A stretch of 63,951 bases of DNA, the filler included, from Kipferlia bialata (taxonomy: Eukaryota): the NCBI GenBank assembly GCA_003568945.1. It is 7 parts of 6 records of this genome, joined end to end, with 100 filler letters (N's around TTAATTAATTAA, not from the genome) between each part and the next. Parts side by side here need not be neighbours in the genome. Positions count along the whole stretch, not along the records: positions 25,291 to 30,360 come from BDIP01001071.1; positions 30,461 to 34,512 come from BDIP01001071.1; positions 34,613 to 47,154 come from BDIP01001072.1; 4 more parts are not named here. One strand, written 5' to 3'. Made by a program: the position numbers and the translations under genes. The notes beneath the pieces were generated by a model. It ran no database searches. It was not told the DNA's origin and was given only the letters and a program-made list of their open reading frames with translations. This document shows, one piece after another, positions 26,727-40,569 of this stretch (positions within the stretch are counted from its first letter, which is position 1; the number at the start of each line of letters is the position of its first letter).

Positions 26727-28726
26727 TGTGCATGGACCCAGAGGCATCGAGGGAGATGCAGACCTATTGTGTAAGGCGGGAGTGGTCATTGTAGTAAAAG
26801 GGAGAGAGAGAGAGAGAGAGAGACATTGTTCATGGACCCAGAGACATCGAGGGAGATGCAGACCTAGGGGGTATGGGGAGTATATAATTATATACACAAA
26901 TGTGAATACAAAGCGAGAGAGAGAGAGAGAGAGAGACATTGTTCATGGAGCCAGAGGCATCGAGGGAGATGCAGACCTAGGAGTGAGAGGTATATATAAG
27001 AATACAAATACATATGTGTGTATATATGTAATATATATAGGGGGGGAGAGAGAGAGAGAGACATTGTTCATGGAGCCAGATGCATCGAGGGAGATGCAGA
27101 CCTAGGAGTGAGAGGTATATCATATATATATGAATGCATATATATATGTGTATGTAAGTAATTATATATAGGGAGCGAGAGAGAGAGAGAAAGAGAGAGA
27201 GCCATTGTGCATGGATCCAGAAGCTTCGAGGGATGCAGACCTAGTTACCAGAGGCTCTATAAACGTATAGGAGAGGAGAAGACAGAGAGAGTCATGTCTG
27301 CATTGTACGAGATATATAGTACACCGTGTACCTCCAGTGGCAGGAGCTGCTCGTCGGTGTTGCCATAGCCAGTGACAGTGAGGAGAACCTAAGAGTGAGT
27401 GTGAGGTATCAATGTCTAACACACACTCTCTATACGAATCCCTCTCAACGTGTAGAAGTACAATAATCTATATATATATTATATATTTATATTTATTTAT
27501 ATTTATATTTATTTATATTTATTCATATATATATATTATATATTTATATACATACTGTCATACCTCAAAGGTGTCGGGGAAGGGAGCATCAATGTCATTC
27601 CTAGAGTGAGAGAAGGACAAGTGATAAAAACTATATCATAAAGTGCCGAAAGTAGAATAGTGAGAATATGTCCACATAGTTTCAGATACCTCACGACAGC
27701 CGATGGTGTGACTGTCTGTGTGATCTATGTGTGAATATTGGCGATGGTCAGCTGCTTGATACATACACTCTCTGTCCACACATGTAGAAGTATATATATA
27801 TATATATATATGTGTGTGCATATATGTGTATATGTACATATATATATACCTAACTACAGCCGATGGAGTGACTGTCTTTGTGATGATCAGCTGCTTTGGT
27901 GGTAGGAGAGGAGAGTGAGGAGGGACAAAGGCAGGAGCTGGAGTCCTAATAATGAGTGTGGTAATAGTAATGGGTATATACTATAGATATCATTGTATTA
28001 TGTATATATATACATGTAGCTTCGGTGGAAGGAGGGGTGAAGGAGGAGGGACAACGGGAAGAGCTGGAGTTCTCTGGTTAGTGGTAACAACACATCTACT
28101 TTCTCTATATGTTCATATATATACATAAATACGCTAATAGGGAGGGGCAGAGACAACGGGAAGGACACGAGTCCTGTAATGAGGATGGAACAAGTAAGTG
28201 GAGTAAACATCACATGGGCATATTATATATATGTTGGTGTATAGTCACACATATGCCAATACCTAGCCTCAGGCTCTGTCCTTGTCAGCGGCTCTCTGTA
28301 TATGACCATACGTAGATAGATATATACATATACGTATATACTACACTATATACAACTTAGTTACCTAGCCTCAGGCTCTGTCCTTGTCAGTGGCTCTCTG
28401 TACATGGGCTTCTCGGGGTAGAAGCAGCGCTGGGGTGAGACGGAGGGTATAGAGTTCTAAACAAGACTAGTGTATATATTCAACAAGTATGTGGGTGTAT
28501 TATGTATGCATACCTCACTGGTTGGGCATGGTATGAACCGCATGGCACACTTATATATGTGTATATATGTACAGTGTTTATTATGGTATATATATGTATG
28601 TATATATACATTACCATATACCTTGCTAGTAGGGCATGGAATGAACCGCATGGCAGCACACTCCCCAAGGTCTGTGTCATAGAAGGGGGCCAGGCATTGG
28701 TCAGCATCGAAGAGAAGCTACTAGTT

Positions 28727-28772
<46 letters not shown>

Positions 28773-28811
28773 GGGCCAGGCACTGCTCGGCATCGAAGAT
28801 CAACTGAGTGT

Positions 28812-28856
<45 letters not shown>

Positions 28857-29860
28857 GGGCCAGGCACTGCTCGGCATCAAAGAGAAGCTAAGTGTTAAAG
28901 AGAGAGAGACATAGAGAGATACCATGGGCCTGTCTGAGTATATATTACGAATGCCAAGATTATTGTGTATACAGTATATGAATATACATATACCTGATTT
29001 GCCATTGGGCATGACCTGTCTGTGAGGAGTCATAGTCTGAATATACAATACTAGGTATGTAGTATATATACATATATGTACATATTCATATATATATATA
29101 TACATACTAATACCATCGGCCATTGGACAGCTCCTTGATCTGTCTGTGGAGTCATAGTCTGTGTATACTAATAAATATAGTGTATATAGTATATATATAT
29201 ATATATATATACATTCATATATATATTTATATAATACATTCATATATATATATATATATACTATTACCTGGTCTGCCATAGGACAGCTCTTGGCTCTGTC
29301 TGTCGAGTCATAGTCTGGGATGTAGACCAGGGAGGCATCGCCGTTACTGGGGGTGAGTACATGGTGTATATATACATATATATATAAGGAGAGAGGAAGA
29401 GAGAGAGTGGCTGGGAGGCATCGCCAGTGCTAGAGGGTTAGTACATTCAATTGTATTGATATATACATATGTATATACGGATAGAGAGAGAGAGAGAATG
29501 GCTGGGATGTAGATGAGGGAGGAATCGCCGGTGCTTAGGTTAGCACCCATTTGTTGATAAATCTACTCACAGTAGTCTACGCAGCCTAACCACACTCTTC
29601 ACCCGCTCTCTGCCAGATAGATAGGCATACTCTCTCGGTCTCCATATATATACTGTCACATATACACTATACCTCTCAGAGTCTGTGCAGACTGACTTCA
29701 GACCAGTGCCACTCTCTCTCTTTTCTTTTTCTCTCTCTATATATATATGTATGTATATATAGTACCTCTCGAAGTCTATGCAGACTGCCCTCAGTCCAGT
29801 CCCAGCCTCTGCCAGGTATGAGTGACAGGCAAGGGCATCATCATGCCACAGGGCAAGAGC
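25330..29860 (-). CDS. vWA (MIDAS DxSxS) domain-containing protein, internal fragment
   Basis: Exon 26620-26555 encodes VCISLDASGSMNDEDGALTKIQ, followed by VAKATSIDFIDMLNFTSDPK and DKISANYWSD, as expected for vWA beta1-alpha1-beta2. Upstream exons are Cys-containing, suggesting an extracellular protein. Confidence 0.7.
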
Positions 29861-29970
29861 TGAGATGAGATATAGATATACATGTATATATATGAAGAGA
29901 GAGAGAGTGTGTGTGTGTCACAGGCAAGGGCATCATCATGCCACAGGGCAAGAGCTGATGTTATACGTAT

Positions 29971-30001
<31 letters not shown>

Positions 30002-30624
30002 TATAGGAGTGACAGGCCATGGCATCGTCATGCCACAGGGCAAGAGCTACTATCAGAAGTAGAGAGAGAGAGAGAGTGTGTGTGAGAGAGAGAGAGAGAG
30101 AGGAGTGACAGGCAAGGGCATCACCATGCCACAGTGTAACGGTTGAAGTTAGTTATATAGATACTCATTTATACATATAGAGATAGAGACAGAGACAGAG
30201 CAAGAGAGCATATATATGTGTGTGAAGAGAGAGAGAGAGAGAGAGAGATGGTAGTCCATGGTATATAGACATACAACACGGCAAGAGCAAGGATGAGACA
30301 AATTGATATATAAGGAGAGGGGGGGGGGGGGGGGGGGGGGGACGCAAAACCCACAAGATTNNNNNNNNNNNNNNNNNNNNNNNNNNNNNNNNNNNNNNNN
30401 NNNNTTAATTAATTAANNNNNNNNNNNNNNNNNNNNNNNNNNNNNNNNNNNNNNNNNNNNGAGGAGAGAGAGGGGGAGGGGGGGGGGGGGGGGGGGAATC
30501 GCCAGTCTGCCTATTGTCAGGTATATATTTACAAAGAGAGAGAATCTGGACAGTCTACCTAGTGTGAAATGAATATATACACATCTCTATATATAACGAG
30601 AGAGAGAGAGAGGTGTGCACATAC

Positions 30625-33600
30625 CTGGTGACGGAGGTCGCCTCAGAGAGGCCGGGGACTGAGACCCACCGGCCACACCACCTCTAGGAGCAATAGAAGA
30701 GGGAGACTGATGCCGCACATGTGACTGCGGTGTCCTCACCCTGCCTGACCCCTGGGGGGTCCTCACCCTGCCACTACCAGGAGTCCTTGCCCGCCTGCTA
30801 CCACCGGAGGACACACCATCATGAGCCCTCCCTGACCCTGACCTAGTATCAGTATCAGCATCACTATTAGTATCATATATACATACTGATACTGACCCTG
30901 ACCTGGGTGGCACAGGGGTAGACAGGGATGGGGTTCTAAGGTGAGTGGTACCGTCTCTCCCCCTCTCAGGAGTCTTGGAACCCTTGCGAGGGGACCTTCT
31001 TGACTGGGGGGTTACAGAAACTCTCTCCCTACTTGGACCATGTCTCTCCCTTTCCCTTTCTCTAGTGGGCGTATCCATCTCCCTCTGTCTAGAGGGTGTA
31101 TGTCTCTCCCTCTCTCTTGTGGGTGTGACATGTACAGATGGTGTTGTCACAGTAGCAAGGGGGATGTCCCTCTCTCTATCTCTCTCCCCGTCTGTTGAGT
31201 CATCAGGTGAGCTGGCCTCTCTCTCTACCACTCCCCCCCTGTCTCTAGTGGGTGATACCGCCTCCCTCTCCCTCTCCCTCTCTCTAGTGGATGTGACATG
31301 CACTGTCTGAGCCAATGCTCTCTCTCTCCCTCTACTCTCTGTTTGAGCCAGTGCCCTCTCCCTTGCATACAAGACAGCATCCCTCACTGGGGCAGAGGCA
31401 GAGAGAGTGAGAGGGGCAGAGGGGGAGAGAGCCACAGTGCCCCTGATGGAGACTGGGGAGGCACCTCTCTCTCTCTCCGGCTGGCCCCTTATGGGAGAGA
31501 GAGTGTTTGTGCCGGGAGACACCAGACTCTGCATCAGCAGGGCGCTGATCTCCACCTCAGCCTCTCTCTCTCTCTCACTCTCAGTCTCAGTCTCAGAGTC
31601 TGTGGGTTCGTCTCTCCTCCCGTCTCCGTACCCCTCACCCAACTCATCCGCACTCTCTCCCCCTCCCCCTCCCCCTCCCATATACATATCCCCACCTCCT
31701 CCCATATGCATGGCTGATACATCGAATGAGGAGGAGGAGGAGGTTGAGGAGGAGGGAGAGACAGCGAAGGAGTGGAAGGAGGAGTCCGAGGAGGAGCCGT
31801 CAATCATGACCTGAAGGTTAGAGAGAGGGAGAGTCAGGAAAGGAAGAGTCAAAGGCGGATATAGCAACCAGATGGCACCGAGAGAGAGCTGGGATAGAAA
31901 TAGAGATCGAAATGACAGAATGACCGTATGTTGGACCCGATCCTCACTCTTTGGTATCACAATGTAATACCAATCAATAATAATATATATGTGTCCATAT
32001 TTGTGTATACAAGAACTAATATGTATATGGACTGTAGTACCTGATCCTCACTCTCTGGTATAACAAAGGATGGGGAGTCCACACCAGGTGACACATCGTA
32101 CTGGGATAAGAGGGGAGAGACAGAGATAGTGGGTAGCAGATGACTCTCACACAGAACCGAGAGAGTAGGGGGTGGTCAGTATTCGGTCACTCAGAATAAT
32201 AATGAGAAGGGGAAGGGACATAGAGAGAGAGAGTACCTGTGAGAGTCTCTGCCTGCGTCTGTGCCTTAGCATAGGGTGCCACTGGGGTCAGACAGAGATT
32301 ATATTACCCATATATATATATATGTATATATACCATATACTGTGGCAGAATATGGGGTGCCACTGGGGTCAGACAGAGACAGATATATACATATATATAT
32401 ATGTATATATACCTGACTATCTGGTGTGTGTATCCTATGCCTCCTGGTTGGTGTGGCTGATGGGTGACCACCTATATATATATACGTATATTCAGATATA
32501 TATAAATACCTGACTGTCTGGGGTATGTATCCTATGCCTCCTGGTTGGCGTGGCTGATGGGTGGGTGGCAACCATAGCCGCACGCATGCCACGCTCCTTC
32601 TCTCTGATTAGACGCTGGTGGTGAGAAGGGTGAGAGGAGAAGAGAGGGAGGGAGCAGAAGAGGGAGGGAGGAGGAAGGGAAGGAGGGAGGGGGGGGGGGG
32701 GGATTTGCAACGATAACTGCATGTAAGGTTTCCAGTAACCATATGGGAAGGCACAACCTAACTGAGGGACCTTGCAATGTGAGCAATATAACATCAGTAC
32801 CGACCAACCTCAAGTACCGATACCTATTCAATCCTCGACACTCATCCAAACAGACACACCCTATAATCACTCGTAATATGTTACAGAGCACTGTACCAAC
32901 CATATTAAGACACATAGCTACATATAGGACACTATGGGAAGAGTACCGGCAAGTATACAATTGGCGGTACCGACATGTCTCGGTACCGGTAGCACTCTAT
33001 CTTCATATCCCCCTTCATATACACGCCTAGACGCCTAAAGAGACTATATACAAGCACTAGGTTCAACAACTAAGCGTATAGGATGGTATACACAGAGTAT
33101 GACACTAGGCAGTACCGATACCTGTTTCAGTACTGACAGACCCCTCCCTATAAATATCCACTATACACACACCTACACACCAATAGAGAATATATACAGG
33201 CAATAGGGTCGACACATATGGGTTAATAGTGGTGGTATCCACAGAGTTATGTCAATAGTACCGATACCTGTTTCAGTACCGGCAGCACCCTGCCCCCATC
33301 TGCCCTGACACCAGAGGGAACCATGCCCCTCCTGTCAGCTCTGATGCAGGATGCAATGGAGGGTATGCCGGGTATCCCAGGTGGAGACCCCCCTCCATCC
33401 ATTTGGGTCAAAAGTGGGCGGTACCGGTACCGATACCAAACACTCTCTGTCGGGGGTTACACCCCCTCCCTCCCGTAGACCACACGCACCTGTGCTACTA
33501 GCACTGCTGGGCGGCTGAGGCTGACCCTGGATATCCTTGGGGTGTGTGGTGATGGGACACAGTGGTAGAGAAGGTGACATGATTTCGAGGTTCCATTTCC

Positions 33601-33816
33601 ATTTGCTTCCAAAATGTCACTTCAACTCCACTTTTCAATCACTCTTTCAGGCACCATTTCCTCCCCAGCCAAGAGCCCTACCGTCTCTCCATCACAAAAC
33701 CAAGCCATCCCGCATTCAATAAACAAGTCAAATGCCTTGCAAGAGGCTGAGACGCACACTTGGTGCGAAAGAACAGGAACCAACGAATCAGTCCAAGGTC
33801 CTGAATTGCATTTCTG
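30625..33816 (-). CDS. Hypothetical Ser/Arg/Pro-rich low-complexity protein, partial
   Basis: Large exon ~31812-30626 with RVRTP and ERERE repeats, plus small GT-AG exons near 32040-32100, 32237-32290, 32510-32620 and 33268-33447. The 5' exons are tentative. Confidence 0.5.
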
Positions 33817-34453
33817 CCTGGGGTGAGGATACGAATATGAGGTAATCATATAGGTATGAGTGGATCAGAGTGTTTTCATCCATCAAGCGTGCCTGCGGGT
33901 TGAATGCAGACGTCGGGTATGGGGTTTCGTTGTCATCATCTCCACATATAGATAAATACCAATACACAAGATACGGTACCTTCCATCAGCCAATGGTGAC
34001 ACACGGCAATCATCAAGGGGTTTCATTTAGACCACCCACGACATATGCTATACATATTCCACCAAGAGAGGAAGGTTATGCTGAGCACAATCACCCAGAG
34101 GAGAGGAAGAAAGTGGATGCTCAAAAACAATGTTTTCTGAAACACATTTCAAAAAGTGATACTGTCAATTTCGAATTACTATGAAGTGTCACCGAAATGG
34201 CTGTACGCTATTCTAAACCCAGTGTTGTACTTAACTCAGGTCAGGTGAGCAATAATGGCTATCCATATCCCGTGTTGACGTTAGAGTCTATTTACTGATG
34301 TTATCTCTCTCTCTCTCTGCCTTTCTCTCACACACCCTCGCTCTGTACCTTCCTCTTCCGTCATCATATCTTCCTGCTATGTTACTAGTCTCAGTTGATG
34401 TCTACTTTTCCTGTACTCCAACATACCTTGTCCGTACTGTGCACTCTCTCTCT

Positions 34454-34491
<38 letters not shown>

Positions 34492-34703
34492 ACCCCCCCC
34501 CCCACCCCCTCCNNNNNNNNNNNNNNNNNNNNNNNNNNNNNNNNNNNNNNNNNNNNTTAATTAATTAANNNNNNNNNNNNNNNNNNNNNNNNNNNNNNNN
34601 NNNNNNNNNNNNCCCTTCCCTTTTCGGTCTTTCCCCCCCCCCCCCCCCTCTCTCCCCCTCTCTCTCTGTCTTGATGGCCACTCAAGCCTCTAACCCCCTT
34701 CAG

Positions 34704-37700
34704 GCGTCTCCACGCCTCCATACACTCTGTGCACTCACCCTCCATGGGACTGGGGTCAGGGAGAGAGAGGCCTATGTCTCAAGTGCGGAAGACACAGGTA
34801 TGGTGTTGTTCTATTCACGTGTATCTATATATGATGTGTAGATTCATTCCTACTGTCATATATACTCACTCTAGGCTATGTATGAGTCCTCTGTGCAGTC
34901 CATGCTGACCAGCTCTCATATCTATCTATCTATCTACCTAGATATATACATGTCTATACACTCACTCAAGGCCCTGTATGAGTCCTCTGTCCAGTCCATG
35001 CTGATAGGGGATATATATTTATATATAGTGTATATACATACTATCATATGTATACTAACACTAGGCACTGTATGAGTCCTCTGTCCAGTCCATGCTGACA
35101 GGGGATATATGTATCTATATTATATACATACCCACAAGTATATATATAGTATATATACCTACTATCATATATACACATATACTAACACCAGGCACTGTAT
35201 GAGTCCTCTGTGCAGTCCATGCTGACAGGGGATATATATATATATCTATATAGTATATATACATACTAATATATATACACACTAACACTAGGCACTGTAT
35301 GAGTCCTCTGTCCAGTCTATGCTGACAGGGATATATCTATATAGTATACATATCCACAAGTATATATATATATATAGTGACACTTACCCTAGGCCTTGTA
35401 TGAGACCTCTGTCCAGTCCATGCTGATAGGGGATATATATACCTTCACATATGTATATACACGTAGTAGTATGTATATATATAGTATATACTTACCTTAG
35501 GCCCTGTATGAGTCCTGTGTCCAGTCCATGCTGACAGGAAGTGATGAGACTACAAGTCAAGAGATGGAGGAGAGGAGAGTGAGGTATATATAGTGTATAT
35601 ATATATACATAGAGAGAGAGACAAAGGGGGAGAGAGAGAGAAAGACTGACCAGCCAAGAGATGGAGGAGAGAAGAGTGAGGTATGTGGTGTTTGTTTAGA
35701 GAGAGCGATAGAGAGTAAGATAGGGAGAGAGAGAGACAGGGACTGATTGGTGATGTGCATGAGAGGAGAGGGTATAGAGTATAGAGAGAGGGAGAGGGAG
35801 AAAGAGAGAGAAGGTCAGGGACTGACGAGCAATGATAACTCTTCTTCTGTCGCTCTCTATTTGTTGTGTACTATATATCCCTGTTACTTTCCAGTGTCTC
35901 TCCCTTCCTTGTATATCTATCCCTCACCACCCAGATACCTTGAGGACCTTGGCTATGGCGATGTGGCCAAGCAGATATTGGAGGTATACTATATGTATAT
36001 ACATGTAGTGAATACATGAATTATATTGTGCATACCTACAAGGCCTATGGCGATGTGGCCAAGTAGATATTGGAGGTATATATGTATATGTAGTCTCTAG
36101 TGTATATATACATACCCTTGTGAAAATCATGGTTTGAAGATGCTATGATGTCGCCAAGGAGATCATTCATTTGTGAAGAACAACGATACATTTGATTAGT
36201 TTGTGCACATACACACACGCTACCCCTCCCCTCACCCCCCAGGCCTCCCCTGCCACTATATGGATATATATATATATATATATATATCGATATATGAAGA
36301 CATATTACAGCTCTCATGCACTCTATATATCTGCACTCTACACCCACTACCCCCAGGCCTCCCCTGCCCAGCCCAGCCAGATACAGACACCCATCAAGAA
36401 GAGAGGTATATATATATATATTNNNNNNNNNNNNNNNNNNNNNNNNNNNNNNNNNNNNNNNNNNNNNNNNNNNNNNNNNNNNNNNNNNNNNNNNNNNNNN
36501 NNNNNNNNNNNNNNNNNNNNNNNNNNNNNNNNNNNNNNNNNNNNNNNNNNNNNNNNNNNNNNNNNNNNNNNNNNNNNNNNNNNNNNNNNNNNNNNNNNNN
36601 NNNNNNNNNNNNNNNNNNNNNNNNNNNNNNNNNNNNNNNNNNNNNNNNNNNNNNNNNNNNNNNNNNNNNNNNNNNNNNNNNNNNNNNNNNNNNNNNNNNN
36701 NNNNNNNNNNNNNNNNNNNNNNNNNNNNNNNNNNNNNNNNNNNNNNNNNNNNNNNNNNNNNNNNNNNNNNNNNNNNNNNNNNNNNNNNNNNNNNNNNNNN
36801 NNNNNNNNNNNNNNNNNNNNNNNNNNNNNNNNNNNNNNNNNNNNNNNNNNNNNNNNNNNNNNNNNNNNNNNNNNNNNNNNNNNNNNNNNNNNNNNNNNNN
36901 NNNNNNNNNNNNNNNNNNNNNNNNNNNNNNNNNNNNNNNNNNNNNNNNNNNNNNNNNNNNNNNNNNNNNNNNNNNNNNNNNNNNNNNNNNNNNNNNNNNN
37001 NNNNNNNNNNNNNNNNNNNNNNNNNNNNNNNNNNNNNNNNNNNNNNNNNNNNNNNNNNNNNNNNNNNNNNNNNNNNNNNNNNNNNNNNNNNNNNNNNNNN
37101 NNNNNNNNNNNNNNNNNNNNNNNNNNNNNNNNNNNNNNNNNNNNNNNNNNNNNNNNNNNNNNNNNNNNNNNNNNNNNNNNNNNNNNNNNNNNNNNNNNNN
37201 NNNNNNNNNNNNNNNNNNNNNNNNNNNNNNNNNNNNNNNNNNNNNNNNNNNNNNNNNNNNNNNNNNNNNNNNNNNNNNNNNNNNNNNNNNNNNNNNNNNN
37301 NNNNNNNNNNNNNNNNNNNNNNNNNNNNNNNNNNNNNNNNNNNNNNNNNNNNNNNNNNNNNNNNNNNNNNNNNNNNNNNNNNNNTAGGCCAGCCCAGCCA
37401 GATACAGACACCCATCAAGAAGAGAGGTATGCATATATACATACATTGTATGTGTATAAGGACTCAGAGAGTGTTATCCATGGGCAAGACTACCAGTATG
37501 GCAATGAAGAATAGGCATTGCATATATGGCAAAACATACTGTTCACATTCCCCCAAATAATGCTGATATATATATTTCTGTTATGTCCTCTTTCCCCTGA
37601 CCCCAGGTCGGAAACCTGGGAGTCTGGCCATTGTGAACAGAATCAGAGACAGGTACGAGTGTGTTGTATATGTATGTATATGTTCGGCCTAGTAGGACCA

Positions 37701-38605
37701 CTGGTTCACTCTACACATATCCCTACCCCCCGTCTAACCCCCCAGGATCAATGGCTCTCTGGCACGTGACCTCGAGGTAAGGACAGTACTGTGTACTTTG
37801 TGTGCAGTGTAGTATATCGTATTCACTATACACATAAGAGTAGTTCTTTCTGCTCTCCATTACTCTCTGGATAGTATTTTGGACGTTATGGGCACACAGC
37901 CTGATACTGATACTGATACTGATGTGCGCGTGCTTATATATATATGTGTAGTATGCACCTTACCGCAGGCCCTATCCCGCCGCCCCCTGTCCCAGTACAC
38001 TGAGTGCACAGACCAATGCATCAGACGCATATACAGCATACACGGTGGGTATTGAGTGTGATCTTCGTTTACCCTACTGTGATATTGCCTATTTGTGCCT
38101 CTCACCCCAGCCACCTATTATCCTAGTTCTATAGTTGTCTCTCTCTCTCTCTCTATCAATAGTTGTCTCTCTCTCTCTCTCTATCAATAGTTGTCTCCCT
38201 GCATATCGTCTATATTCATATCCCTCCCTCCCTATATTTTTGTCTCACCCCCAGCCACCTGTTCTGAGTCCCTGACTGCACTGCTCCACTCCCCAATGCA
38301 GGTGGGGTATATGGATTTGAGTACATATGTGTATGTAGTTATATTTACGCAATATATGTATATGTGTCTCTATGCCCGCACTGCACCACTCCCCAATGCA
38401 GGTATGGGGGATAGTACATTTTTTGTTCAACGGTGTATAGACACTATGTGCAGTATATATTTGTGGTTCAATTGTATTTGTATCCTCACCCCAGGAACAG
38501 TGTGTAAAGCAGGCCAGTCTCTCTCATATATATATGATATATATGTATATTCAGTATATATATCCATGCACTCTGACCCCAGGAGCAGTGTGTCAACCAG
38601 GCTAT

Positions 38606-38645
<40 letters not shown>

Positions 38646-40538
38646 AATATCTATATAGGCAGTATATATCCATGTACTGTATCTCACCCCCAGGAGCAGT
38701 GTGTCAACCAGGCCAGGGCAGGGGCCATACCAAAGGTGAGTATCAGGATACATACTACACAATTATCAGTATAACACAAAATACATATGTATGTTTGAAT
38801 ATGTATATGGGGCCAGGGCAGGGGCCATACCAGAGGTGACATGGATATATATGTGTATATACATCTATGGTAGAGTATTCTTATATGCACCTCCCTCACC
38901 CCAGGTGACTGTGCAGGACACAGCCCCACTGCACAGGGACAGGATGGACTGGCTCAACGATGAGGTAGATGCAGTGTATAGTATATATAGTATAGTATAT
39001 AGGATATATATAGTATATATACATATATCACTAGATAGGGACAGGATGGACTGGCTGAATGATGAGGTATGTACAGTGTATAGTATAGTGTGGTATATAT
39101 AGTATATAGTATACAGTGTATATGTATATATGCCACTGCACCGGGACAGGATGGACTGGCTGAATGATGAGGTGGGTATAGTGTATATATAGCTGTGTAT
39201 GTATATATAGAATATCAACAGGACCATTTAGCTCCCCCCATATATATATATATATATATATGCATTGTATAATACCATTTATGGAGCTCTCTCTCTCTGT
39301 TTATAACTACTATCATTAATCCCCAGGTTGTCAACAGGACCATGGAGCTGTACCTGGAGAACACAACGAGACGGTACGGGCATTGCTGTATACATATTAG
39401 AGTACCTTTTTTGTACTCCTCTTCCTCCTCATCTCTCCCTTCTTCTTTTTCTCTCTCTCTCTATTTGGCTAATCCCAGTGCCCACTGCTACTCCTCCTTC
39501 TTCTACCAGTCCCTGACCAGGACAGGGGGGTACAACTACGCAGCCACTAGGGTACGTCAGTACTGTATATACTGTATATATGTATATATGTAAATAGTAT
39601 ATATATATATGTATATGTGTGTGTATATGTGTATACCAGTCCCTGACCAGGACAGGGGGGTACAACTACACTGCTACCAAGGTATATACTATATGTATAT
39701 ATACACCTAAATATGCATATTGTATTGTCTTATTGTTGTACATGTGTAGTTGTGTGTAAGTATCTTACCCCTAGAGGTGGTCCTCCCGTCCCAATGTGTC
39801 CCTTGCCTGTCTCTCTATATATATACTTAAAGACATATCTCTCTTTGTGTATAGAGTGTATCTAACCCCCCGCAACCAAGGTATATTCTGTATGTATATA
39901 CACCTTAATTTGTTTATTATATTGTCTCACATCTAGAGATGGTCCTCCCGTGCCAAGGTGTCCAAATATCTATAATTTTATATCTATATAAGTATAGTAA
40001 TACATATATATATATACATCTAACACTAGAGATGGTCCTCCCGTGCCAAGGTGTCCATTGCTGACCTTGATGTGCTGTGCATACCTGTCAACTGGAACAA
40101 CACACACTGGACATGCATCGTGGCAGACTTCAGTCTCAAGGTATGTATATATATATATATTGGTATATAGTATGGGAATAGATAGTGTGTGAATATATAT
40201 TTGTGTGAATATATGTATATGTATACATACCTGTCATACATGTATTCATATTTATATACTCTATAGTAGTCTGTATATTCTTACCCTCAGTGCATCATGT
40301 ACTATGACAGTCTGGGTGGCATGAGGCCAGATGCAGTGTATATATATATACCGTATATACTATGTCTATATATATATGCCATATACCCTTAACCCTCAGT
40401 GCATCATGTACTACGACAGCCTGGCTGGCATGAGACCAGATGCATATATACGTATATATATATACCTTTTATTCAATGTAAACTGAGTATCTAACCTCAG
40501 TGCATCATGTACTACGACTCCCTGGGTGGCATGAGACC

Positions 40539-40569
<31 letters not shown>

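Noticed and set aside
34874..35540. CRISPR-like repeat-spacer array (also 26730-27245 and 40291-40640)
   Set aside because: The repeats are copies of an adjacent eukaryotic exon edge with splice signals, the spacers are microsatellite-rich intron sequence, and there are no cas genes.
36045..37560. Long ORFs of 350-465 aa
   Set aside because: They consist almost entirely of an N gap.
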